A stretch of DNA of 39,000 nt from Chiloscyllium plagiosum (lineage: Eukaryota): positions 1 through 39,000 of the forward strand of contig NW_025214096.1 in NCBI RefSeq assembly GCF_004010195.1, read 5' to 3'. The notes under the pieces were generated by a model that was not told where the DNA came from, searched no databases, and worked only from the letters and a program-made list of their open reading frames with translations. Positions 22,537 to 33,147 of this stretch are shown here, one piece after another. A program made the position numbers and the translations under genes. Positions within the stretch are counted from its first letter, which is position 1. Every line of letters begins with the position of its first letter.

Positions 22537-23081
22537 GAAGGCCTTGATCTGCCACATCTTTGCCCACTCTCCTAACATGTCCAAATCCTTTCGCATCCTC
22601 CCTGCCACCTTAATACTACTTGCCCCTCCACCTATCTTTGTATCATTGGCAAACTGAGCCAGAATACCCTCACTTCCCTCACCTAGATCTTTAACGTACA
22701 AAGGGAAAAATGGTGGTCCCAACACTGAGCCTTGCAGAACACCACTTATTACCAGCTGCCATCCTTTTCTCCACACTGTCTGCTTTCTGCCAGATAGCCA
22801 AACTTCTATCTATGCTAACACCTTGCCTCCAACACCATGGGCCCTGATCTTGGTCAGCAGTCTCCTGTGCAGCACCTTGTCAAAAGCCGTCTTGAATTCC
22901 AGATAGATAACTTCCATTGGTTCTCCTAAGTCTAACCTGCTCATTACTTTCTCAAAGAATTCAGACAGAATTGTCAGGCATGACCTCCCCTTGATGAAAC
23001 CATGCTGACTTTGCCTTGTTTTACCATACACTCCCAAGTATTCAGAAACTTCAGCTTTTACAATGAACTCCAAAACCTTAC

Positions 23082-23195
23082 ATCAGCCCCTTTCCCCCTT
23101 CACATTCCTGGTGAAGGGCTTATGCCCAAGACATCGATTCTCCTGCTCCTTGGATGCTGCTTAACCTGCTGTTCTTTCCAGTGCCACACCTTTTG
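23082..23195 (+). mobile_element. Short PLE terminus insert with degenerate hammerhead and a 15-bp TSD
   Basis: CATTCCTGGTGAAGGGCTTATGCCCAAGACATCGATTC; ACTCCAAAA(C/T)CTTAC at 23067-23081 and 23196-23210. Confidence 0.8.
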
Positions 23196-23680
23196 ACTCC
23201 AAAATCTTACCCATGACTGAGATTAGGCTAATTGGTCTGTAATTTTCTGTCTTTTGCCTTATTCCCTTTTTAAACAGGGGTGTCACCTTAGTGATTTTCC
23301 AGTCCTTGGACCTTTCCTGACACTAACGATTCCTGAAAGATCACTGCTAACGCCTCTACCATCTCTTCAGCTATCTCCCTTAGAAATTTGGGGTATAGTC
23401 CATCTGATCCAGGTGATGTATCCACCTTCAGACCATTCTGTTTTTCTAGCATTTTCCCCTTGGTGATGACCACCATACTCAGCTCTGCCTCCTCACTCTC
23501 TTGAATTTTTGGGAAATTATTCGTGTCTTCTAATGTGAACACTGACGCAAAGTAATTATTCAATTCCTCAGCCATTCCCTTGTTCCCCACTCCCACCTCT
23601 CCAGTGTCATTTTGCAGCAGTCTAATGTCTACTTTTGTCTCTCTTTTGCTCTTTATATATATAAAGAAACTCTTACAGTC

Positions 23681-23960
23681 TTACAGTCATAGAGATGTAC
23701 AGCATGGAAACAGACCCTTCGGTCCAACCCGTCCATGCTGACCAGATATCCCAACCCAATCTAGTCCCACCTGCCAGCACCCGGCCCATATCCCTCCAAA
23801 CCCTTCCTATTCATATACCCATCCAAATGCCTCTTAAATGTTGCAATTGTACCAGCCTCCACCACTTCGTCTAGCAGCTCATTCCTTAAACATACCACCC
23901 TCTGCATGAAAAGGTTGCCCCTTAGGTCTCTTTTATATCATTCCCCTCTCACCCTAAACT
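23681..23960 (-). mobile_element. Younger-looking CR1 3' tail fragment
   Basis: AGTCATAGAGATGTACAGCATGGAAACAGACCCTTCGGTCCAAC...CCCCTCTCACCCTAAAC; a similar tail starts at 28088. Confidence 0.8.
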
Positions 23961-24987
23961 TGAACTAGGACAACCCAATAAATGGTGAAAATATATTTAA
24001 AATATATATTTAAATATAACATATTTAAAATCTTTACAGCCTGCAGAGACTCCAGCTCAACAGTCTAAAATAATGTTGGAATTCTGGTAATCGGGCAAGT
24101 CCATTAAAAAAAAAAGATGCCAATGTGTAGCATGCATGTTTAGTTACTTCACAAATAAACCCAAACTCCCACAGTTAGTATTCATAAGTAGTTAACATAT
24201 ATAGTTAATGCCAACACTTCCTTTATATTACTGGCTAACTTCCCTCAAATTTAATCTCCTCCCTTCTTATTTCTTTTTTGTTGTTGCCCTCTGTTGGTCT
24301 TTGTAGTTTCCCAATCCTCTGGTTTCCCACTGCCCTTTGCCAAATTAAATGTTCTCTCTTTTGCTTTCATGCTATCCCTGACTTCCCTTGTCAGCCATGA
24401 TCCCCTTATCCTCCCTGTACATGCTTATTATTCCCAGGGATGAATTTTTGCTGTGTCTCCTGAATTACTCCCAGAAACTCCTGCCATTGCTGTTCCACTG
24501 TCTTTCCAGCTCAGCTCCTCTCCCAGTCAATTCTGCCCAGCTCCTCCCTCATGGCTCTGCAGTTTTCTTTATTCAGCTGTAATACTGTTACCTCTGATTC
24601 TCTGTTCTCCCTTTGAAATTACTCTGTAATTTTAAGCTTATGATCGCTCCCTCCTTAAGGATTCCTTCAACTTAAGGTCCCCATGAGGTCTGCTTCATTG
24701 CACAACACTAAATCTAGTACTGCATGGTATTTGTGATGTGTGAATGATACTCGCTACTCATCATAATGACTGCGATAGAACACTTCGGCTTTTGGGAAAG
24801 GATTGAAGTTAGTTGGATTGTTTTCCACGAACAGTAATTTTCAACATCTTGAGGGGCCCAGATAGAATGGACTGTGAGAAGTCTTTCCCTCTTGTAACAG
24901 GATCAACAACCAGTGTCCAACAAAAGTAGCAAAGTGAAAGAAAAACAATTTGAAGCAGCGAGTTGTTTTGGAATTCACTGCAGCAAG

Positions 24988-25204
24988 AGGCTATTCAGCC
25001 CATTGAGTACATACTGACCCTCTCAACAGTATCCCATCCAGCCAACCCTGATCCATCCCACTACCCCATTCCTGTAACAGTGCATTTCCCATAACTAATC
25101 CACTGAGCCTGTGTATCTCTGGACACTACAGACAATTTAACATGGCCATTCTACCTAACCTGCATATCTTGGGACTGTGGAAGGAAACCAGAGCACTTGG
25201 AGAC
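24988..25204 (-). mobile_element. Degenerate V-SINE 3' half
   Basis: ACAATTTAACATGGCCATTCTACCTAACCTGCATATCTTGGGACTGTGGAAGGAAACCAGAGCAC, homologous to 28280-28350. Confidence 0.7.
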
Positions 25205-27106
25205 AGAGCATCATGACAGGGAAGCATTTGGGAGTAAATCCGCATCAGATATGTGGGAGAATTTCACTTATAAGAGTTCAGGAGTGGCATTTCCCTGCAA
25301 AAATGAAGGATAGGAATGGCAAGTTCTGTGAATCTTGGATGACCAGGGATATTACGATCTTGGTCAAAAAGAGAAAGGAAGCATACCTAAGATGGATGGG
25401 AACTGAAAAAGCCCTTGAAGTATGTAAGGAAAGTGGGAAAGAACTTAATCAAGGAATGAGGAGATGTAAAAGGGGTGATGAAGAGTCATCAGCAAACAGG
25501 ATTAAGGCACTTCATGCACATATAAAAAGCAAGTGGGTGGTGAGGAAAAGGGTTAGCACACTCAAGGACAAAGGAGGGAATCTATGTGTGGAGCCAGAAG
25601 AGGGAGGTGAGGTCCTAAATGAATACTTTGTGTCAGTATTCACCAAAGAAAAGGAATTGGTGGAGGATGATGTCAGGAAAGGCTGTGTCCAATTTCTAAG
25701 CCAAGTTGCTATTAAAAAGGAAGCGGTGTTGTGCATCTTAAAAAGCGTTAAGGTAGATAAACCCCAGGATCCTGATGGGATCTCTCTCAGAATATCGAGG
25801 GAGGCAAGAGAACAAATTGCTGGAGCATTGATAGACATCTTTGGCTGCAAGTGAGGTCCCCCCAGAGGACTAGAGAATAGCCAATGTTGTCCCATTGTTT
25901 AAGAAAGGTAGCAGTGTTAATCCAGGAAATTACAGGCCTGTGAGTCTCAAATCGGTGGTAGGGAAATGAATGGAAAAGATTCACAGGGACAAGATCCACA
26001 CGGATTTAGAAGCAAATGGACTTCTTAGTGACAGACAGCATGATTTTGTGCATGGGAAAATTGTGCTTCACTAACTTGATCGAGTTTTTTGAGAAGATGA
26101 AGATGATTGATGAGGGAAAAATGAATGATTTTGTCCACATGGATTTCAGTAAAGCCTTTGACAGTGTTCCTTGTGGCAGACATTGGACACAGCCTTTCCT
26201 GACAATTCCTTTTCTTTGGTGAATACCAACACAAAGTATTCATTTGGGTGAAGTCACATGGTATCAGGGGTGAGCTAACAAGATGAATACAGAACTGGCT
26301 TAGTCCTCGGTGATAGAGGTATCGGTGGAAGGATGCATTTCACAATGGAGGGCTGCGACTAGTAGTGTTCCACAATGATCAGTGCTGGAACCTCTACTGT
26401 TCACATAAATGATTTGGAAGAAAATGTGGCTGGTCGAATTTGTACATTTGTGGATGATACAAAGAATAGTGGAGTTGCAGACATTGAGGAGGATTGTCAG
26501 AGGGTACAGCCGGATATAGAATGGTTGGAGGCATGCGCAGAAAAATGACAGATGGAGATTAAACCAGATAAATGCGAGGTAATACATTTTGGAAGGTCAA
26601 ATACAGGTGGAAATTATACAGTGAACGGCAGAACCCTTCAGAGTATTGATTTGCAGAGGGATCTGGATGTGCAGGTCCACAGATTACTGAAGGTGGCAGC
26701 ACAGATAGATAAGATGGTTAAAAGAAAAAGGCTTCCGGCATGCTTGCCTTCATTGGGAGGGGCACTGAGTATCAGGATAGGCAAGTTATGCTGCAGCTTT
26801 TGTGACAATTCTGTCTTTTTAAAAAGGTCATTTTGTCCCTGGGATTTTTTTTTTGGAGAGAGGTTTTGAAGGCAGAGGCGTGGAACCAGCTACTGGAGAT
26901 GGCCGAAGTCAACAATTGAGGAGGCCTTTAGATTTGTTTTTTTTAAAAGGTTGGAACAAGAGAAGCAGCTTGAATGGGAGTGGCCAGTTCTCACAGACCA
27001 AGCGATTTTTTTTAACATTAGCAATCAGAAGCTGTTTGGGGTCCCAGAAGAATTAGAAATTTCAGTGAATGATTCCGATCTGCTACTTTTGCTGAAATCT
27101 CTCTTA

Positions 27107-27965
27107 GAGTCATAGAGATGTAACATCCTTCCGATAGGAAGGAGACCAGAATTGCACACAATATTTCAACAGTGGCCTAACCAATGTCCTGTACAGCCGC
27201 AACATGATCTCCCAACTCCTGTACTCAATACTCTGACCAATAAAGGAAAGTATACCAAACGCCTTCTTCACTATCCTATCTACCTGCGACTCCACTTTCA
27301 AGGAACTATGAACCTGCACTCCAAGGTCTCTTTGTTCAGCAACACTACCTGGGACCAAGTATTCACCATTTTGTGATTGGTAGTGTGCAAGATGGGACAA
27401 AGTCTTTTGCTTCGCTTCAAGTTATGATACTCTTTCCCCACCCAGCTGTTCCCTTCCTTTATCTTCCCCCTGGCATGTCAACAATCAAATGAACAGGAGG
27501 CTGAAGCTGCATATTCTGAACATTGTTCTGACATGTATCTTGAGGAAATGTGCAGTTATAAACTAATTAATTAGGCTCTTTACTCAGCGTTGTAAGGGCG
27601 TGGAATGTCCTGCCTGCAACAGCAGTAGACTCGCCAACTTTAAAGGCATTTAAATGGTCATTGGATAAATATATAGATGATAATGGAAGTGTGTAGGTTA
27701 GATGGGCTTCAGATTGGTTTCACACGTCGGCGCAACATTGAAGGCTGAATAGCCTGTACTGCCCTGTGTTGTTCTATGTTCTAAGTCCTGCTAAGATTTG
27801 CTTTCCCAAAATGCAGCACCTCACATTTATCTAAATTAAACTCCATCTGCCACTTCTCAGCCCATTGGCCCATCTGATCAAGATCCTGTTGTAATCTGAG
27901 GTAACCCTCTTTGCTGTCCACTACACCTCCAATTTTGGTGTCATCTGCAAACTTACTAACTAAAC
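27107..27965. mobile_element. Cluster of CR1 fragments nested in LTR B (about 27107-27350 minus, 27570-27781 plus tail, 27782-27965 minus)
   Basis: [39 protein letters not shown] and KWQMEFNLDKCEVLHFG in minus ORFs. Confidence 0.8.
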
Positions 27966-28087
27966 CTCTTTGTTGCATCCTCCTAGATTGGAGAACGGCA
28001 TGTAAGAATCTGTGTCTGAAATTGCTATTTTGCAAAGGGGTGTGTTTGTGGGATGTTACCGTGTTGGAACAGTTAATTATTAACTGC

Positions 28088-28940
28088 AGTCATAGAGATA
28101 TACACCATGGAAATATACCCTTTGGTCCAACCCGCCAATGCTGAACAGATATCCTAAAATAATCTTGTTCCATTTCACTCTAAATCCATTAGATTAGATT
28201 CCTTACAATGTGGAAACAGGCCCTTCAGCCCAACCAGTACACACCGACCCACTTCCCTCTTACTAATGCACCTAACACTATGGGCAATTCAACATGGCCA
28301 ATTCACCTGACCTGCACATCTTTGGACTATGGGAGGAAACCGGAGCACCCGGAGAAAACCGCACAGACACTGGGAGAATATGCAAACTCCACACAGACAG
28401 TCGCCTGAGGCGGGAATTGAACCTGGGACCCTGGTGCTGTGAGGCAGCAGTGCTAGCTACTGAGCCACCATGCTGTTCCGTCATATTCATATTCCCATCC
28501 AGGTGCCTTTTAAATGTTGTACTTGTAACATCTTCCACCACTACCTCTGGCAGCTCATTCTGTACATGTATCACCCTCTGTGTGAAGACGTTGCCCTTTA
28601 GATCCCTTTTAAATTTGTTCCCTCTCACCTTAAACCTATGCCCTCCAGTTTAGAAAAGACATTGTGTATTTACCCTATCCACTCCCCTTGTGATTTTATA
28701 AACCTCTATAGGGTCGCCCCTCAGCCTCCAATGCCCAGGGTAAATAGCCCCAGTCTATTCAGCTTCAACCTTTAGCTCAAACCCTCCAACGTTTTTATCA
28801 ATCTATTCTTAATCCTTTCAAATTTCACAACATCCTCCTTCTAGCAGCCAGACCAGAATTACACAGTATTCCAAAAGTGGCCTAACCAATGCCCTGTCCA
28901 ACAGCAACATGAAATCCCAACTTCATACTCAATGCACTGT
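28088..28940 (-). mobile_element. CR1 3' end interrupted by a SINE
   Basis: Tail AGTCATAGAGAT at 28088; RGNKFKRDLKGNVFTQRV in the minus ORF. Confidence 0.8.
28189..28476 (-). mobile_element. tRNA-derived SINE (HE1/V-SINE-like), near full length
   Basis: A and B boxes on the minus strand, GGTGCTCCGGTTTCCTCCCA core, (AATCT)n tail at 28189-28200. Confidence 0.88.
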
Positions 28941-29743
28941 TATTTGGTTAATTTTTCCAATAGTTATGGACTTTTAAATTCCTTTTTATTTTGTTTGTAT
29001 TTTAACTATCTCGTGTTTAAATTGTGTGTGGCTTAATGTCGAGTAGTTTGACCAGTTGCATCACATCTGGAACATACACTTCACATTTACCTTTAAAATA
29101 AGAAAAGGTTAGGGTACAGGCTATCTTTCTAAAAGATTTCAAGGAGGTCAGGTCTCGTACATAACACTTTATAGAACTTTAGTTACGCCACACTTGGTAT
29201 AATGCGTACAATTCTGGCCACCACACTATCAGACGGATGCCTTGGAGAGGGTCCAGAAAATGTTTACCAGGATGTTGCCTGGCCTGGGGGTTGTAGCTAT
29301 GAAGAAAGGTTGGACAGACTGGGTTTGCTTTCACTGGAATGCAGGAGGTTGATGGGGGCGACCTAATAGAAGTTTATAAGATTGTGAATGGCGTGGATAG
29401 AGTGGAAAGTATGAGGCTTTTTCCCAGGGTGGGAGGGGTCAATTACTAGGGGACACAGGTTCAAGATGTGAGGGGGGCAAGTTTAAAAGAGATGTATGAG
29501 GCAAATTTTTCACACAAAGGGCAGTGAGTGCTGCTCAAGGAGGTGGTGCAAGCAGACAAAATAGCAGCTTTCAAGAAGCATGTGGACGAGTACATGAATA
29601 GGAAGTGAACAGAGAGATATGGATCCTGTAACTGAAGACAGTTTTAGTATAGAAGAACAAAATGTGTTGGCACAGGTTTGAAGGGCTGAAGGGCCTGTTC
29701 CTGTGCTGCATCATCCTTTAGTGCTCTCTTGTTTTTGTTGTTC

Positions 29744-29834
29744 TGCAAACTCCACACAGTTACGCAAGGCTGGAATCAAACCTAGGCCTCCAGCACTGTG
29801 AGGCAGTTGTGCTAACCACTGAGCCTCCGTGCTG
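29744..29834 (-). mobile_element. 5' tRNA-like head of a V-SINE
   Basis: Reverse complement reads CAGCACGGAGGCTCAGTGGTTAGCAC...GGTTTGATTCCAGCC...TGTGTGGAGTTTGCA. Confidence 0.75.
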
Positions 29835-30120
29835 TGGAAATATGGTGGAGGCAGGTACGAGTGAGGCATTCAAGAGTGCAGTGAGTGATTATTGGAACAG
29901 AAACACAAACAACTCTGTGATTCATTCTCAGATTTATTCTCACATGCCATACATTAAAGTCAGAAATATCTCACTTTAGCACTAACAGTGTAACATAGCT
30001 CTGGGCAGACAACGATACTGAGTACCCACTGACAATTAACCCAGGCAAACTTTGTCACCCTAATTGTATCTCTCTCCCAGCTTATTCAATCAGCAACTAC
30101 TGACTCATTTCTCTAATATT

Positions 30121-30290
30121 GAGGTGCCGGTGTTGGACTGTGGTGGACAAATCACACAACACCAGGTTATCGACCAACAGGTTTATTTGAAAGTACAAGC
30201 GTTTGAGTGTTGTTCACCTAACAAAGGAGCAGTGCTCCGAAAGCTTGTACTTTCAAATGTACCTGTTGGACTAGAACCTAGTCTTGTGAT
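30121..30290. mobile_element. Palindromic short element with a degenerate hammerhead-like core (further PLE-like family)
   Basis: CCAACAGGTTTATTTGAAAGTACAAGC is inverted to GCTTGTACTTTCAAATGTACCTGTTGG; centre CAC-CTAACAA-A-GGAGC-AGT-GCTCC-GAAA-GCTT-GT. Confidence 0.6.
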
Positions 30291-30498
30291 ATTGCCAGTA
30301 TCAGGAGGTTTAATGCTGAGATGTATGTTTCTACAGTATCGCTGTTACTATGTGGGATCTGTGAGAAGATTCCCTGGATCCCAGATCTCTGCAAGCACAT
30401 GCTCAGGACTCAGGTAAAGAAACTGATAGTTTCTTCTCAGGTTTTAAACTGGATTTAGGTAAGAACATTTTAGGCTGTGAGATGTTACCTCGGCAGGA

Positions 30499-30837
30499 TC
30501 ACTCACTGTGTAACTGTACTGAGATGTGTTTATTCAGCATGGTGAGGGTCAATCACTATGTAACTGTACTAGGATGTGTGTTTATTCAGCATGGTGAGGG
30601 TCACTCACTGTAACTGTACTGGGATGTGTTTATTCAGCAGGGTGAGGGTCACTCATTGTGTAACTGTACTGAGATGTGTTTATTCAGCATGGTGAGGGTC
30701 AATCACTATTTAACTGTACTAGGATGTGTGTTTATTCAGCATGGTGAGGGTCAATCACTATGTAACTGTACTAGGATGTGTGTTTATTCAGCTGGGTAAG
30801 GGTCAATCACTGAGTAACTGTACTGGGATGTGTTTAT
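30499..30837. repeat. 50-52 bp minisatellite, about 6.7 units
   Basis: Unit approximately GATGTGTTTATTCAGCATGGTGAGGGTCAATCACTATGTAACTGTACT(AG/GA/GG). Confidence 0.95.
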
Positions 30838-31380
30838 TGTTATGAAGTTGAAGGCGTGCACTGTACCTTTAAGAGAAAGTGAATGCTGTTCTGAATTGAG
30901 AGATTATAAGCGCCTGTGTATATAATAAGATGGAAGTCCTAGAAAATTGAAAATATGCAATATTTACCTGTTAAATGGATACATGAGTTTTGGTTACTGT
31001 TTTGGCAACAATTTGAATTTAACCAATCAGTTTAACTTATGTCCCAGGATACTAAAACCCAATCGAGTTTGAATTTATTGTTTTGCCAACATTAAACCAA
31101 TGAGACGATCTAATATTGGGGATATAAAAAAGGCAGGCAGTTTGAAAATCAAACATAACAACTGCCATCAAAAGAGAACCAAGCAATAAGGAAACACTCT
31201 CTATCAAAGGCACCTTTTCAATGCAACATATGTGCAGTTAAAAGACGGAATACAACCCAAGGAGTTCCTCAGCTGGAAGAAGGCAGACACCAAAGACAAC
31301 AGCGGCTGTGTGGTTTTGAAATTAAGTTGATGTAATTTTAATAAGTGTTTTATGGGAACAGTATACAGTTATGGAGTTAG
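30838..31380 (+). mobile_element. LTR family A, 3'-truncated by a CR1 insertion
   Basis: TGTTATGAAG start; collinear with 21316-21485 plus 21959-22320. Confidence 0.75.
31023..31129 (+). promoter_or_regulatory. Putative LTR U3 promoter: three CCAAT boxes and a TATA box
   Basis: CCAAT at 31023, 31059 and 31097 (36-38 bp spacing); TATAAAA at 31123-31129. Confidence 0.5.
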
Positions 31381-32060
31381 AACATAGAACACAGAACAGT
31401 ACAGCACAGAACAGGCCCTTCAGCCCACGATGTTGTGCCGATCACTGATCCTCACGTATGCACCCTCAAATTTCTGTGACCATATGCATGTCCAGTAGTC
31501 TTTTAAATGTCCCCAATGATGTTGCTTCCACAACTGCTGCTGGCAACGCATTCCATGCTCTCACAACTCTCTGTGTAAAGAACCCGCCTCTGACATCCCC
31601 TCTATACTTTCCTCCAACCAGCTTAAAACTATGTTAGTCATTCCTGCCCTGAGAAATAGTCTCTGGCTATCGATTCTATCTATGCCTCTCATTATCTTGA
31701 ATACCTCAATTAGGTCCCCTCTCCTCCTCCTTTCCTCCAGTGAAAAAAGTCCGAGCTCAGTCGACCTCTCCTCATAAGATAAGCCCTCCAGTCCAGGCAG
31801 CATCCTGGTAAACCTCCTTTGAACCCGCTCCAAAGCATCCACATCTTTCTTATATTAGGGCGACCAGAACTGTACGCAGTATTCCATGTGCGGTCTAACC
31901 AAAGTTTCATAGAGCTGCAACAAGATCTCACGACTCTTAAACTCAATCCCCCTGTTAATGAAAGCCAAAACACCATATGCTTTCTTAACAACCCTGTCCA
32001 CTTGGGTGGCCATTTTAAGGGATCTATGTACCTGCACACCAAGATCCCTCTGTTCCTCCA
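31381..32060 (-). mobile_element. CR1 3' end, cut by the assembly gap
   Basis: AACATAGAAC tail; ALERVQRRFTRMLPGLEGLSYEER and LVRPHMEYCVQFWSP. Confidence 0.92.
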
Positions 32061-32081
32061 NNNNNNNNNNNNNNNNNNNNN
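32061..32081. other. Assembly gap (21 N)
   Basis: Run of N. Confidence 1.
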
Positions 32082-32843
32082 AGACAGATTTTTATACAAG
32101 TGTTACGACGAAATCGCAGGTAAGTGGAATGGGGGATTAACAAAATAAATTTAACCGAATCGAAGGAAAATCAGACTCAGTGATCAGACAGACATATTGT
32201 TGCCCCTATGTCTAATCGTGTTATTTTCCAATAGCCCTGTATTCACAAGACCATCAACCTCTCTCACTATGGAGTGAGACAGTGTTTGGAATGCAATTGA
32301 GGGATTCAAGGAATTCATAAACGCGATACTAATAGCCAGAAAGTACGAGAGGACTGCAATAACACGGATTGCCTGTCGGGGTGAGGATTTGCATCGACAC
32401 AGTCACCACTACCAGAAGGAAGACCTCAGTAAGACACCCTCCAAGGCCAAGCAGAGACCAGCACTGGAGAGCAGGGTAGTCAGGGACCAGGTATCAATTA
32501 CTGCTGAAGGCCTAAACACTACTTCACTGTCGTGTCTCCTTTCTTCCCTGACAAAAAATAAATGTGGTGGGGTAGAGAGACATGCCGTTGGTAGCAGAGT
32601 AAGCAGGAAGGCTTTCACACGAGAGGCTTCGGACAGCTCCAGCTCAGCAAATTGTACAGGGAAACTGAAATACAGTCGTTTTAACTTTATTGTTACAGCC
32701 GTTGAGGTGGCAGTTAGGGCAGTCGCACGCTCCTCTTGTGGGATGTGGCAGCTCACGGAGATTTCCACTGGCCCTGATGGCTACACGTGTGGGCACTGCA
32801 CCCAGCTTCAGCTCCTGGGAGACCGTGTTACGGCGCTGAAGCT

Positions 32844-33147
32844 GGGCATCACGGTGGCTCAGTGGTTAGCACTGCTGCCTCACAGCACCAGGGACCAGGG
32901 TTCAAATCCTGCCTCGGGCAACTGTCTGTGTGGAGTTTGTACATATTCACCGTGTCTGCATGGGTTTCCTCTGGGTGCTGCGGTCCGCCCACAGTCCAAA
33001 GATGTGCAGGTTAGGTGAATTGGTCATGCTAAATTACCTGCAGTGTTGCGTGTAAGGGAGTGGGTCTGGGTAGGCTGCTCTTCCGTGGGTTGGTTCGGAC
33101 TTGTTGGGCCAAAGGGCCTGTTTATGCACTGAAAGTAATCTAATCTA
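32844..33147 (+). mobile_element. tRNA-derived SINE (HE1/V-SINE-like) inserted in CR1 ORF1
   Basis: TGGCTCAGTGG A box, GGTTCAAATCC B box, TAATCTAATCTA tail. Confidence 0.88.

Larger units (their letters stand above)
20521..24725 (-). mobile_element. CR1 LINE (decayed ORF2 and 3' tail) hosting a solo LTR, a PLE fragment and another CR1 tail
   Basis: LVRPHLEYCAQ, SGVLQGSVLGP, SQHGFIKGRSCLT, MAEELNNYFASVFT in minus ORFs; tail CCATAAGACATCAGAGCAGAA at 20525. Confidence 0.9.
26801..29166 (+). mobile_element. Solo LTR (family B) with 4-bp TSD, containing nested CR1 fragments and a SINE
   Basis: TGTGACAA...CATAACA termini; CTTT at 26797-26800 and 29167-29170; LTR pieces at about 26801-27105, 27965-28085 and 28941-29166. 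Confidence 0.8.
25205..29720 (+). mobile_element. CR1 LINE ORF2 to 3' tail, split by the solo LTR at 26801-29166
   Basis: [43 protein letters not shown]; the reading CTGCAGCTTT|ATAGAACTTTAGTT is continuous across the LTR; tail GGGCTGAAGGGCCTGTTCCTGTGCTG near 29685-29710. Confidence 0.9.

Noticed and set aside
21316..31380. Full-length LTR retrotransposon bounded by the two family-A LTRs
   Set aside because: The first LTR sits inside a CR1 that continues on both sides, the interval has no gag/pol, PBS or PPT, and the two copies are noticeably diverged.
32389..33018. 209-aa ORF as a host gene
   Set aside because: Its distal part is CR1 ORF1 reading into a SINE insertion, and it lacks an ATG start.
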